Source of the DNA: Diplonema japonicum
Taxonomy: Eukaryota > Protista > Euglenozoa: Diplonemea
NCBI GenBank assembly: GCA_964019335.1
Contig: OZ025671.1
Location: 496,001 to 560,000 of the forward strand
Length of the DNA: 64,000 nucleotides
Direction: 5' to 3'
The position numbers and the translations under genes are program-made. Each line of letters opens with the position of its first letter. Position 1 is the stretch's first letter. Below the pieces are notes generated by a model that was not told the DNA's origin, did no database searches, and saw only the letters and a program-made list of their open reading frames with translations. Below, piece after piece: positions 10,445 to 21,449 of this stretch.

Positions 10445-11124
10445 CCCGCCCCGCCTGTGTGCGAATACTATGAGTAAAGAAGGCGGTAAAAAATAAAAGA
10501 ATGTCTGCACGCAATTCTAGTCGATGGGGGGGGGGGGGGGGGTCATAGCTACTGCATAGAAAACCCACGTCCAAGAGATAATATAAGATGAAGAAAGAAA
10601 TGGGGGGGCACAGTTCTCAGTCATTGGAAGTGAACCGGAAGGCGTGCTGGACCCCCGAGGATACAAGAGGAAAAAAGGAAGGTAAGGAAGGAATAGAATG
10701 AAGAACGGATACTTCAATTTATTCTTCTATCTTCTTTCTATTTTTTTTTTTTTTTTTTTTTTTTCAAATGGCAACACACTAGTGTTCAAAACAACCTGTT
10801 TCAAAAAAAGTGAAACAGCAAGATTGACAGTGCAGGTTGCATTTTGGCTTTTTCGCGTAGGGATCAGCACTAAAAAAGGGGCTGTGACCCATGTTTAGCA
10901 GGTAAGAAAAAGAAAGAAGACGAAAAAAAAAGAGACATTTAGAAAAAAAAAAAGTAGGGTATAGTAATTGGGTATTGCATTATTGACCGCTAACACGTAA
11001 CAATAAGCGGGATAACGTTGTTGAAGCTTCGGCGAGAGCAGGGTGGGGGAAAGTGGAGGGGACTCAGAAGAAACAAACACATTTACTTCTATGGGTTCTT
11101 CTTCTTCTTCGCATGAGTTGATTT

Positions 11125-12780
11125 CTATGCCTGCCCATTCCTCCAGGAGAAGCCCTTGGGGTAGGCCCAAGCGCCATCGCTGTTCCCGTCCTCCCTCACA
11201 TCCTCCCACTGAACATTCTTTGGTGAAGAACCCTTCGCAATTGCTAAGAGCCCATCAAGCTTCGCCCTCCAGGCATCATCACCGTTCTTCTCACGGAATT
11301 CAGCAATCAGCTCGTGGGTGGGCCTCCCGCTCCCGTCCTCAAGGCCGAGAAGGGGTGCCCAGTGGTCGTGGCTAATGCAGACATCATTGGGACAGGTAGC
11401 CGTAACCTGTTGAGTGGGGGCCTCGCTTGCGTTGAAGGGACCGTGGTGGTTCTGCACAAACCATGTATCATCAATAACCCTCCCGTAGTCGGACAGGGGG
11501 AAGAAAGTTGGGTCCGTCTGCACCTGCTGCCAGTGGATGTGGGTCGCGTTGTGCACAAACATCCTGCTGTACGAGAAAGAGTTGGACCTGAAGGCGGACC
11601 AGCTGGGCTGAGGGTACGTGAAGGGCTCGTGCATCTCAGGGCTCCCAGCAGCACCAGTCACGATGTAGATGGGGGCCTTAGGGTCCACGTTCGACTGCTT
11701 ACTCTTGTTCTGGTAAGTGGGCCACATCCTCTCGTAGTTGTGCTCGTGCCCGTTGATGAAGAAGTCCACACCGTAGTCGAACAGAATGGGCTCCATGGTC
11801 TTACGAACCGTGGTGGCAGCGGCGTGGCAGTCGCTGTTGCATGAACAGTAGATGGACCTGTGACCGTACACAACGAGCCACGGAACGTTTGCCCTGTTCT
11901 TGTTAGCCTTCTCAAGGTCCGCCTTCAGCCAAGTCAGGAAGGTGTTTAGAGTGGTCTCCCCATCAGTCACCCCGAACCACAGCTCAGTTGAGATCGCCAC
12001 GTAGTGCACCAGCCCGAACTCCCACGAGAAGTACAAAGAGTTTGCTGCACCTGCCCCATTCGCGGTTTTGAAGGTGGGAGGGACAGAGTTCGTGGGCATG
12101 TTCCTCCAACTCTCAACGAAGTGCGCAAGGTCCCTCGAGTCGTCCTCGTGGTTCCCGTGGCTCACCATGTAAGGAGTCCATGCGGCAATCTGCTCAACGT
12201 TTCTGAAGTAGTTGTCGCCGACAGTACCGTTGTTGGTCCCCAGGTTGTAGGCAAAGTCACCTGTGTGGATGATCACATCAGCATCAGTCTCAGACACCAA
12301 CCCCACAGAGGTGTTCTTTGCACAGGTGGTCTTGTCGCAGGTGTACGAGTGCTGCGTGCACGCCGTGCACAAGGTGAAGGCACATGCAGCACCCATGTCT
12401 CCCATCAAGATGTGGCGGTATGGCTGACCAGCAGGGCGAGTACGCCTGTTCATCACCTTGAACACCTGAGAGAAGCCAGTTGAAGAGTCCCCCACCTGGT
12501 AGTAGTACTCGGTGTTCACAGACAGCCCGCTCATCACAGCAACGTGTGAGTACCACACCCTCCCCGCGTCAACGGTGAACTTCCTGCTGTCGCCGGTAGC
12601 CGAGTGGATCAGGCTCCCGTTCTGCGTTCCCCACCTCACCGTTGGCGTCCCGCCCTGTGTGTTCTCTGTGTGCCATTCGACACTCAGGGCATCCGTGGTC
12701 TTCCCAAGGGCAATCCTCACCTGCTCAGTACCAAAGGCACTGCCCGCGAGGGATAGCAATGTTACGAGAAGTAATTTCAT
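11125..12780 (-). CDS. Secreted purple acid phosphatase (ACP7-like), copy 1
   Basis: Signal peptide, FN3-like N-domain, GDMG / GDFAY / GNHE / YGH / GHEH metal ligands. Confidence 0.92.
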   Translation of the reverse strand: MKLLLVTLLSLAGSAFGTEQVRIALGKTTDALSVEWHTENTQGGTPTVRWGTQNGSLIHSATGDSRKFTVDAGRVWYSHVAVMSGLSVNTEYYYQVGDSSTGFSQVFKVMNRRTRPAGQPYRHILMGDMGAACAFTLCTACTQHSYTCDKTTCAKNTSVGLVSETDADVIIHTGDFAYNLGTNNGTVGDNYFRNVEQIAAWTPYMVSHGNHEDDSRDLAHFVESWRNMPTNSVPPTFKTANGAGAANSLYFSWEFGLVHYVAISTELWFGVTDGETTLNTFLTWLKADLEKANKNRANVPWLVVYGHRSIYCSCNSDCHAAATTVRKTMEPILFDYGVDFFINGHEHNYERMWPTYQNKSKQSNVDPKAPIYIVTGAAGSPEMHEPFTYPQPSWSAFRSNSFSYSRMFVHNATHIHWQQVQTDPTFFPLSDYGRVIDDTWFVQNHHGPFNASEAPTQQVTATCPNDVCISHDHWAPLLGLEDGSGRPTHELIAEFREKNGDDAWRAKLDGLLAIAKGSSPKNVQWEDVREDGNSDGAWAYPKGFSWRNGQA

Positions 12781-13103
12781 TTTTTGTGTGTCCTGCGTAC
12801 CAGTTGTTGCAAGTCGTTAAAAAGGGAATATTTATGACAGAACAAAACGTTTAGTGGTTACAACACAAAAATAACCGAACTTTTAAAATGCGCCGTGTGC
12901 GATTCGTATCTGTTCAGTCTTATGCTCAAAAACAAACAAAAGAGAGGTGCAGAAGGAGCGGGGGGGAAATCAGAAACAAGAGAAAATTAAAGTAGCCAGA
13001 TCGCAACGAGCCAATGCCGATGGAAGGCGCACAACGAAAAACCGAAAGAGAAGAGAAAGAAAAGGAGAAAAGGCTAATGTCATGCATATGCGGAGATTAC
13101 TTT

Positions 13104-14756
13104 CTACGACCTCCCGTGCCTCCAGGAGAAGCCCTTGGGGTAGATCCAAGCGCCATCGCTGTTCCCGTCCTCCCTCACATCCTCCCACTGAACGGTGTTT
13201 GGAGAAGACCCCTTCGCAACAGCCATGAGCCCACTAAGCTTCGCCCTCCAGGCATCATCACCGTTCTTCTCACGGAACTCAGCAATCAGCTCGTGGGTGG
13301 GCCTCCCGCTCCCGTCCTCAAGGCCGAGAAGGGGTGCCCAGTGGTCGTGGCTGATGCAGAGGCCCTTGGGACAGGTCGTAGGCTTCTCCTTCGGGGCCTC
13401 GCTTGCGTTGAAGGGCCCGTGCCTGTCCTGCACAATCCACGTGTCGTCGATGACCCTCCCGTAGTCGGACAGGGGGAAGAGCGAGGGGTCTGTCTGCACC
13501 TGCTGCCAGTGGATGTGGGTCGCGTTGTACACAAACATCCTGCTGTACGAGAAGGTGTTGGACCTGAAGGCGGACCAGCTGGGCTGAGGGTACGTGAAGG
13601 GCTCGTGCATCTCCTGACTCCCAGCAGCACCAGTCACCACGTAGATAGGGGCCCTGGGGTTCACGTTCGACTGGTCACTCTTGTTCTGGTAAGTGGGCCA
13701 CATCCTCTCGTAGTTGTGCTCGTGCCCGTTGATGAAGAAGTCCACACCGTAGTCAAACATAATGGGCTCCATGTCGGCGCGCACCTTGTACGCATCAGCA
13801 TGGCAGTCCCCGTCACACGAGCAGTAGATGGACCTGTGACCGTGGATCACGATCCACGGAACAGCCTCCCTGTTCTTGTTTGCCTTCTCAAGGTCCGCCT
13901 TCAGCCAAGTCAGGAAAGTGGCCAGCGTGACAGTTCCGTCAGTCACCCCGAACCACAGCTCAGTCGACATCGCCACGTAGTGCACCAGCCCGTGGTCCCA
14001 CGAGAAGTACAGAGAGTTGGGGGCACCCTCACCGTTCGCAGACTTGAAAGTCGCAGGAACAGAGTTCGTGGGCATGTTCCTCCAGCTCTCGATGTAGTGC
14101 GCAAGGTCGGTGGCGTCGTCCTCGTGGTTCCCGTGGCTCACCATGTAAGGAGTCCATGCGGCAATCTGCTCGATGTTCTTGAAGAACTGGTCGCCGACAG
14201 TACCGTTGTTGGTCCCCATGTTGTAGGCAAAGTCACCCACGTGCAGGATCATGTCAGCATCAGTCTCAGACACCAACCCCACAGAGGTGTTCTTTGCACA
14301 GGTGGTCTTGTCGCAGGTGTACGAGTGCTGCGTGCACGCCGTGCACAAGGTGAAGGCACACGAGGAGCCCATGTCTCCCATCAAGATGTGGCGGTATGGC
14401 TGACCAGCAGGGCGAGTACGCCTGTTCATCACCTTGAACACCTGAGAGAAGCCAGTTGAAGAGTCCCCCACCTGGTAGTAGTACTCGGTGTTCACAGACA
14501 GCCCGCTCATCACAGCAACGTGTGAGTACCACACCCTCCCCGCGTCAACGGTGAACTTCCTGCTGTCGCCGGTAGCCGAGTGGATCAGGCTCCCGTTCTG
14601 CGTTCCCCACCTCACCGTTGGCGTCCCGCCCTGTGTGTTCTCTGTGTGCCATTCGACACTCAGGGCATCCGTGGTCTTCCCAAGGGCAATCCTCACCTGC
14701 TCAGTACCAAAGGCACTGCCCGCGAGGGATAGCAATGCAACAAAAAGCAACTTCAT
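13104..14756 (-). CDS. Secreted purple acid phosphatase, copy 2 (tandem paralog)
   Basis: Same motif set, colinear with copy 1 at an offset of about 1976 nt. ATG of MKLLFV at 14756. Confidence 0.92.
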   Translation of the reverse strand: MKLLFVALLSLAGSAFGTEQVRIALGKTTDALSVEWHTENTQGGTPTVRWGTQNGSLIHSATGDSRKFTVDAGRVWYSHVAVMSGLSVNTEYYYQVGDSSTGFSQVFKVMNRRTRPAGQPYRHILMGDMGSSCAFTLCTACTQHSYTCDKTTCAKNTSVGLVSETDADMILHVGDFAYNMGTNNGTVGDQFFKNIEQIAAWTPYMVSHGNHEDDATDLAHYIESWRNMPTNSVPATFKSANGEGAPNSLYFSWDHGLVHYVAMSTELWFGVTDGTVTLATFLTWLKADLEKANKNREAVPWIVIHGHRSIYCSCDGDCHADAYKVRADMEPIMFDYGVDFFINGHEHNYERMWPTYQNKSDQSNVNPRAPIYVVTGAAGSQEMHEPFTYPQPSWSAFRSNTFSYSRMFVYNATHIHWQQVQTDPSLFPLSDYGRVIDDTWIVQDRHGPFNASEAPKEKPTTCPKGLCISHDHWAPLLGLEDGSGRPTHELIAEFREKNGDDAWRAKLSGLMAVAKGSSPNTVQWEDVREDGNSDGAWIYPKGFSWRHGRS

Positions 14757-14939
14757 TTGAATATCCTGTGCAACAGTGGAAAACGCAACCAATAAAAGTA
14801 AACAAAAATGTGGGAACGATGTTTCTCTCTCTTCTGCCTACACTACGCGATATGTACCACACTAATAAGAATAAGTGTAATTTACAAGGGGTTTTATTTA
14901 GATTAAAGAGCACGACACTTTTTCAGTGTTGCAAAGCGC

Positions 14940-17411
14940 TTAGTCGGTGTGTGGGTTGGTGACGGACTTTCCATGTATGGAGTTATCTCGCACGAACTCA
15001 GAGGCACGGGACATCCAGTTTTCAGCACCCTCTGAGCGAAGATAGAGAACTGCCTTGTGGGAGAGGGGGGGAAGGATGGTTTCGTTGTCACCGTGGTACA
15101 TGTGGATGAGGGCAAGGGTGCAGGCCGTGGCCCACGACTTGAACGAGCCCCCGTCGGGGATGGCTTTCTTAAGAGCGCGGTACGAGATGCCGAGAAGCGT
15201 CGCTGCCTGCATCTCGCAAGGCCAGCTCCCGTCTGCTTCCTGCTTGTCTAGCAATAGTTTAAGAGAAGGTGGCTCTGTCACCATATCTATAATATCTAAT
15301 GCGATTTCCTCCATCCACTCAATGACGCCTTTCTCCCGTGCTTCTTGTGAGGGAGGTACGTAGTCCTCGTCTCTAGGTGTTCCATCCTCTGCTGTGAAAA
15401 GTGTCGCTCCGAACTCTTGGATCACCTTCCCTGTCATGCGTTCCCTTCTAACGTCGGGCGGAAGACTGAACGGGTACGCCACAGCAACCTCTCTCTCCTT
15501 CTGTGGAAGTGTTGCAGTCGCCGCTTCACATATCATCGCTGTGAGCGGTGTCGGGAAACCAAACGTTGTTGCCAACCTCACTGCCTCGTTCGTTTCTTCT
15601 GTTGACAGTGCAGACGGCCCGCAGAACAGATGCTTCCCGCTCAACGATTTCAATTCCCACATGGGCTCGAGTAGCATCCGTGCCCGCAGCAGAGCAGCAC
15701 CGATGTGGGCCGGCATCGCATTTGGCGCGTTCCCTTGTACCTCCTTCAGAAACGGACTCTTGGCATCGGACAGCAGTGTGGTGTGGTTCGACACACGCAC
15801 CTCAAGCGAGCCTATCATAGCACACATCGTGATCGCCATGTTCGGCGACAGCGTCTTGGTACCGAAGCAGTGTATCGTGACGTGCCCGCCGAACGAAATC
15901 TGTGGGATGAAAGGAAAGCAGTGGCGTATCTTCTTTAGCTCTAGCTCGTCCTGCTGTTCGTCAGAAGTGCCTTCCATAGAGAAAGACAAGCTCACATCCG
16001 TGAGACACGGAAGCATGGTCTCCTCTATCAGATCCAGAACCGTGGTTAGCAGATCCTGCGGGGTATCTACTATTGTATGCTTCCCTAGAGAATTGCTAGA
16101 TATCCTTTGGTACACCTCACTGTCAGGGGCGGGCTTCATGCATATCGTATGCACAGTGGTATGCGAGGCGCTGTCGCGTGTGAGCTGCAAAGTGGACCTT
16201 TTGTCTTTGATGGTGGAGTTTGTCAAGATGACCAACTGGCGGCCGTAACCGCGTTTCGAGGGCAGCTCGTACACCTTGCGCAGAGCGGGGGAAATATCCG
16301 AGCCGCCATTTGCTCGTTTGGCGCTGCGAAGCAGCTCTTTTGCTTCAGCGACGTGCTCCGAAGTGTTATCGTGACACTCAATAGGGTTCAGGAAGTGCAC
16401 TGCAGCATCTACACCACCGAAGAGCACGATGTTGAATCTGCACGACTTGTGGATGGCCATGATTGCGTACTCCACGTTGTTCAGCGCCTCGGGCAGCATG
16501 CTGTGCATAGATCCTGATATGTCGAGCATGAAGACGAACTCCTGATTGGGTTCGAGCACGATGTCCTGCTCCAACCCGAGGCTTGTCATGTTCTCCATTG
16601 TGGGGTGCAGGGTGAAGGACACCACGTAATGCTCATCGTCTGGGATGACATCGCTGGAGGACGGCTTCGTGATCTCCAAAGTAAAAGCCTTGTCGATCGG
16701 GGCGGTGGTGTACTCCAGCTGAACATCACGGTCGAAGAAGTTATAGCAGGCGCTCGTGGGGGCTAACGGCCGCTTCCATGAAATGCTGCCCTTACGAAGC
16801 GTGTTGTCAACCCTTGCACCTTCGAGGGCCGGCGCAGAAACGCTGTTTAGGTTCGTCAGTGACGAAATAGCTGCGTTGATGGTCATCATGCGGTGTAGCG
16901 AGGGATTTGAGCGGACGTGAAATAGCATGTCCCAGACAGACTCGCGATCGTCCACAACCGGGAACAGCATCTCGTTCAGAGTCAAACGTTTCTTGAAGCC
17001 CTCGGGTTCCTCAAGGAATCTGAACAAATGGTACGTCACTTCCAGGACATCCCCGGGGTGAAACCTGAACGGCAGCTTCATCGAAAAGATATCCGGAGCG
17101 TGCTGATGGGCCCGGTTTTTACAAACCTGCTGTGTTGCTTTCAAGGTCTTGTCATTAATGCTCGCCTCCCACCCGACCACGATCCACCCGCACAGCGGCA
17201 TCGCAACAATAACATCGGCAGGGTGCTTCTTGTTTTGCCGCACCTCATATCTCAGAACCGTTTTGCAATTCCCGTTGTCGATTGTGATGTCGACCGTACC
17301 ACCAATCAGGCCGAACGGCTCCAGTGTGTCTTCTGCGAATACCCCTGCCCGCGACAGCCCTTCTTCATTGAAGAGCGTTTGGTATGCATCACTTCCTTTA
17401 ATCTCCGTCAT
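14940..17411 (-). CDS. VIT + von Willebrand factor A domain protein (VWA5A-like)
   Basis: EFVFMLDISGSM MIDAS start, FNIVLFG and ANGGSDI; C-terminal QEADGSW/WATA module typical of VWA5/PARP4-like proteins. Confidence 0.8.
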   Translation of the reverse strand: MTEIKGSDAYQTLFNEEGLSRAGVFAEDTLEPFGLIGGTVDITIDNGNCKTVLRYEVRQNKKHPADVIVAMPLCGWIVVGWEASINDKTLKATQQVCKNRAHQHAPDIFSMKLPFRFHPGDVLEVTYHLFRFLEEPEGFKKRLTLNEMLFPVVDDRESVWDMLFHVRSNPSLHRMMTINAAISSLTNLNSVSAPALEGARVDNTLRKGSISWKRPLAPTSACYNFFDRDVQLEYTTAPIDKAFTLEITKPSSSDVIPDDEHYVVSFTLHPTMENMTSLGLEQDIVLEPNQEFVFMLDISGSMHSMLPEALNNVEYAIMAIHKSCRFNIVLFGGVDAAVHFLNPIECHDNTSEHVAEAKELLRSAKRANGGSDISPALRKVYELPSKRGYGRQLVILTNSTIKDKRSTLQLTRDSASHTTVHTICMKPAPDSEVYQRISSNSLGKHTIVDTPQDLLTTVLDLIEETMLPCLTDVSLSFSMEGTSDEQQDELELKKIRHCFPFIPQISFGGHVTIHCFGTKTLSPNMAITMCAMIGSLEVRVSNHTTLLSDAKSPFLKEVQGNAPNAMPAHIGAALLRARMLLEPMWELKSLSGKHLFCGPSALSTEETNEAVRLATTFGFPTPLTAMICEAATATLPQKEREVAVAYPFSLPPDVRRERMTGKVIQEFGATLFTAEDGTPRDEDYVPPSQEAREKGVIEWMEEIALDIIDMVTEPPSLKLLLDKQEADGSWPCEMQAATLLGISYRALKKAIPDGGSFKSWATACTLALIHMYHGDNETILPPLSHKAVLYLRSEGAENWMSRASEFVRDNSIHGKSVTNPHTD

Positions 17412-17490
17412 CTCCTTCACATCTTCATGACCTTGTGATGGGGGAGGTAAAGAATAAGGAAACAAAGGGGTAAAAAAAAAATAAGGATAT

Positions 17491-19887
17491 TCATATATTC
17501 TCAATGCGCAAGGTGCCGATCTCCCAAGACTCTGTTCCGTCGGGATTGACTCCCCCGTGGATCAATAGCTGTGAGTTGGGGTCCGTGCAGGATGAAGCCC
17601 AAGACCGCGCGGGCATTGGAGTGTCCACAAAGACTTGCCGCCAGATACCTGCCAATGGGGTGTAGAAGTGTACGTCACTGTGGTGGAGCCGCCCTCCGGA
17701 CCACCCACCTGAGATAAGAATCGAAGCGTTATGAGAGGATGACAAGTGCCCGGTACGCGGACGGGGCGCACCCACGGCCGAAGGCTGCGACCATGTTCTT
17801 GTGGAAGTGTTAAAAACATGCAAATCGCCTAGGATAGGGCCGTCATCCTTGTGGGACGACCCTCCAAACAGATACAAAGACGTGTCCAACGCGGTCAGCG
17901 TGTGGCCTTCGCGTGGTGCGGGTATGTTCTGTGTATCAACCACTTTCCATGCACCACCCGTGTACACCATCATCGTGTTGCAAGCCTTCTCGTTTTCGTT
18001 CCGTCCCCCGAACACCCACAGTTTGTCTCTGCAGTATGCCGCCGCATGGAACCCCACCCCTGCTGGCATAGCCTCAGCTGTTTTCCACTTCACTCCATCC
18101 CAGATATTCGTTTCCCGCACAGCACGGCCTGTCGCGCCATCGGGCAGCCCACCGCACCGTATGATCCCACTGCTTGTTGATGTCAACGTGCAGCCCTTCC
18201 TATCGGGGATCGGCTTGCCCGTGCTCCACTCGACCGCGTCCTTTCGCACCACACCTAGGTACGTATTGTGCAGTAGCTGTCCAACGGAATCGTAGCAGAT
18301 GCCGTGCGCCGCCTGCGCGAGTGGGACCTTACCTGTTTGCCGCAGTGGAGTGTAAACTGCCGTCGGGGTGTCATCAGGTTCGCTTCCCACATCGCTCTCC
18401 TCCTTTTCCACCTTCTCCTCCTCCGTGCGGAGGATGAAGTCCACAGAGTGAGATCCCATGAGGACCCCGCCTCTTATAAACCGCAACTCCACGCTCTTTC
18501 TGGTATTGTAGGGAGGCTGGGCGAGCGAGGCCATAGGGGTCACTGATGTTCCGCCAAAGGCATGTATCTTGACGAGGCCGCGGTGGGAGAGATCAGCAAG
18601 GGGGATGCGAAGCATTTGAAATTCACCGTCGGACGACGACGACGGGTGGAAGGGGTGGGTGACGACTTTGTTCCTACCAGTCTTTTCGTCTATCTGTTTA
18701 GGGAGGCCTTCTATCGTGAGAGAGGTAGCAAAAGTGTCTTGCCGCACACGGTGGAGAGGGCACAAGGGACGCCGCACAGCCAACGCATAATCAGAACACA
18801 CCATGCCCAGCGCGGGGTTGGCGACGTACCGGATGCACCGTGCAGCACCGTTGTCCCCACACATTGTAAGGACTCTGTAAGGGGAAGCTCCTTCCGTAGA
18901 ACTCTCAAGACTGTCTTCGTGGTAGTTGTAGAGGGACGCCTCAGTGTTGAGGATCTGCTGTAATTCGTCTAGCTGTGTCTCGGGATCCAGCACAGGGTGG
19001 AAGGAACCAAAAAGTACTGTGAATTCGGATTCCAAAGGCAAGTCACCCGCTGTGCAAAGCCGGTCTTCCAGAAGCCGTTTTCTTTGAAGGTTCAACTCCA
19101 CACCCCGTGGCAGCTCGATTGTGATCAGCGTTATTTTACTGCCGAGAACGCTCAGCTCAGCGATGCCGGGGGCAATTTCGTGGCACCCGAGGATTTTAGT
19201 ACGGAAGGCAGTCTTGGCCAGGAGAATGAGAGAAGGGGTGTTCAGCAACAGAACGTAACCGGTGGGGACGGAGTCGGTCTTGCCTTTGAAGGTGCAGTAG
19301 ATGGCCACTAGGTCTGAGGAGTACTTTGAATACGTTGAAAAAGCCTTCCTGTCGTGGAATATTAAGGTAGAAAACTGAACACCGTCTCGCTGTGAGCTGG
19401 TTTGGCTAGTTAAAGCCACTCCGTGATACTCTGAACCGGAAGTCGGAAAAGTGTAATTTCGAGCTCTTATAGATGAAACAGTTGCCGGGACAGAGGTCGA
19501 GGTCTGTGTGATGGAAGGCATTGCAAGAAGAATGGAAGAGGTGAACTCGTGGTACTCTTTAGCACTTTTGAATCTGAATTGTTTCGTGGTGCCCTGGCCA
19601 TCCCTGAGGTATCGTAACGACACAGCCAGTTCTCGTTCGTTCTGTTGCACATAAAGGATTTTCTCAAAGGGGAAATGTCGTAAGAACCTCTTGCCGACGG
19701 TCACAGACCTCGAGAAGTGATCGATACATATTTTCCCTTCGTTGTAAAACCCTTTCAAAACCATCCCTGTTTCGCCCAGCTCTGAAATATCCAGCTCAAC
19801 TTCCTCTTCCTCGCATTCTTCCACTACCCATTGCTCTTGTTGTTCCTGTTCTTCTAAAGCTGCCTCTACATTGTGTTCTATGTCCAT
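17491..19887 (-). CDS. Kelch-repeat protein (C-terminal propeller, unknown N-terminus)
   Basis: Repeats with WVFGG, YLFGG, LISGG and LIHGG, plus PAPREGHT and PRPRTGH motifs. Confidence 0.8.
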   Translation of the reverse strand: MDIEHNVEAALEEQEQQEQWVVEECEEEEVELDISELGETGMVLKGFYNEGKICIDHFSRSVTVGKRFLRHFPFEKILYVQQNERELAVSLRYLRDGQGTTKQFRFKSAKEYHEFTSSILLAMPSITQTSTSVPATVSSIRARNYTFPTSGSEYHGVALTSQTSSQRDGVQFSTLIFHDRKAFSTYSKYSSDLVAIYCTFKGKTDSVPTGYVLLLNTPSLILLAKTAFRTKILGCHEIAPGIAELSVLGSKITLITIELPRGVELNLQRKRLLEDRLCTAGDLPLESEFTVLFGSFHPVLDPETQLDELQQILNTEASLYNYHEDSLESSTEGASPYRVLTMCGDNGAARCIRYVANPALGMVCSDYALAVRRPLCPLHRVRQDTFATSLTIEGLPKQIDEKTGRNKVVTHPFHPSSSSDGEFQMLRIPLADLSHRGLVKIHAFGGTSVTPMASLAQPPYNTRKSVELRFIRGGVLMGSHSVDFILRTEEEKVEKEESDVGSEPDDTPTAVYTPLRQTGKVPLAQAAHGICYDSVGQLLHNTYLGVVRKDAVEWSTGKPIPDRKGCTLTSTSSGIIRCGGLPDGATGRAVRETNIWDGVKWKTAEAMPAGVGFHAAAYCRDKLWVFGGRNENEKACNTMMVYTGGAWKVVDTQNIPAPREGHTLTALDTSLYLFGGSSHKDDGPILGDLHVFNTSTRTWSQPSAVGAPRPRTGHLSSSHNASILISGGWSGGRLHHSDVHFYTPLAGIWRQVFVDTPMPARSWASSCTDPNSQLLIHGGVNPDGTESWEIGTLRIENI

Positions 19888-19966
19888 CTAAGGCCTTAAG
19901 GGGATTGGTATTATACACGTGAAAGAAAACGCAACAAAAAAAAAAAATGAGAAGTGTGATGTGATT

Positions 19967-20870
19967 TTACCTAATACCGGCTTTCCCACCCTTGCCCTTG
20001 CCCTTACCTCCCTTTCCTTTACCCTTGCCTCCCTTTCCTTTGCCTCCATCTGTTCCTTTGGCCCCGTCTTTACCCTTACCCTTACCGCCGTCCTTTCCTT
20101 TGCCCTTGCCCTTACCTCCGTCTTTGCCCTTGCCCTTGCCCTTTCCTTTGCCTTTGTGGCTGTTCCCGTCGTCATAGCTGTCGGGTTGGTCCCCTGTTGC
20201 AGTTGTTGTTCCGGTTCTTTCTCGTGTCTTTGGGGGGGGGGGGAATAATTTTGCTTTGTTTTTTTTTTCTTCTTCTTGAATACCATGGGGGGCGGCTCCA
20301 CTATCGTTATCCGAGAACCTTTCAGAATATGCCCGTCGAATTCCTATTGGTTTCCCCTTTTCCTCTTTTCCCCATCTGTCATACTTGCATGGCTGCTGTT
20401 GAAAAGCTTTTATCCGAAAATCGAACGAAACACCTTCGTGGCCAGCAGTTTGCTGCAATTTTACACGTGAGAGGGTTGTGCTCAGCCAGCAATTGCACAA
20501 TGTCTGACTCTTGAACGGAGTCTGAGATGTTGGTGATGCTGAGCTCTGCGGAGGTCCCGTTGCTGATGCCGCATTTCACGCTCGTGCCGAAAAGCTCTAC
20601 CTTTTGACCGTTTTCCTGGGCCTCGAGGGCTTCTGCTTCGTCCTTGAATTCCACCATAGCTGTCCGTGTACCCCAGTCGACTGAGACACCTTTGGCGTTT
20701 TTGAATTTTTTCTTCAGCATTTCCCCGTAGATGACCTCCAGGCTCCCTTCCAAGTTCCCAACCACTACCGACTTCTTCAAACCTTCATCTATGCTCTCAC
20801 TGCTTTCTTCGCTCTCTTCCTCCTCTTCCCCATCCTCTGTCACGTCCTCCCAGCTCCTTTTCTTTGACAT
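19967..20870 (-). CDS. Two-RRM RNA-binding protein with acidic N-terminus and GK-repeat tail (nucleolin-like), 3 exons
   Basis: VVVGNL/TAMVEF and LSITNI/CFVRF RRM motifs. Introns 20344-20384 and 20228-20283 give 268 aa ending in KGKGKDGG repeats. Confidence 0.78.
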
Positions 20871-21449
20871 TTTCACCCTCCTCTTTTTAAACCGTGATAA
20901 GGTACTTGCGAGAAAAAAAAGGGGAAAAAAAAAACAAGAAAAGAATTAGCAAGGGGGAAGATATTTTCGTTTTTTTTTTTTTTTTTTTTTGTTCCCGTCT
21001 CCCGTTTTTGGTTTTGTCCGGTTACCAGAGATTAGTGACCAACAGCGTCCTCCGTCCACCCCCACCCATCTTTTTCCTTTCTTTATTATTATTTTTTTTT
21101 TTTTTTTGTGGATCGTCTTAGGAAAGGAGGGAGGGAGGATGGTATCGGTAAGTGGGTAAAGAAAATTCCCGAATTGAATGGGGGGGAAAACCCATCTAAG
21201 AAAGAAGAAGAAAAAAAAATTGAAGCTAGTCCTCCGCTTAAGCTGGGGGTATTTACCAAGCAAGCGTGATACACTTCCGCAGTAGGAAAAAAAAAAAAAA
21301 AAAAGAAGGAGAAAAAAGGCATTTCTGTTTTTCTTCTTTTTTTTCAAATTGTATGGCACAAAAAAAAAAAAAAAAACGGGGGGCGTCGGAGGAGGGTCAC
21401 ATCTCTGAACCAGGACAATGAGAGAACAAATAAAAATATATATAAAAAG

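Noticed and set aside
13014-14459. 481-aa plus-strand ORF
   Set aside because: Antisense shadow of the phosphatase gene; no motifs.
17412-17520. Kelch-vWA fusion through an intron
   Set aside because: No GTRYG-type donor near the Kelch end; the spacer looks like a poly(Y) trans-splice signal.
21225-21285. SECIS-like hairpin with AAA loop downstream of GPC1
   Set aside because: No UGAN/NGAN core and no in-frame UGA upstream.
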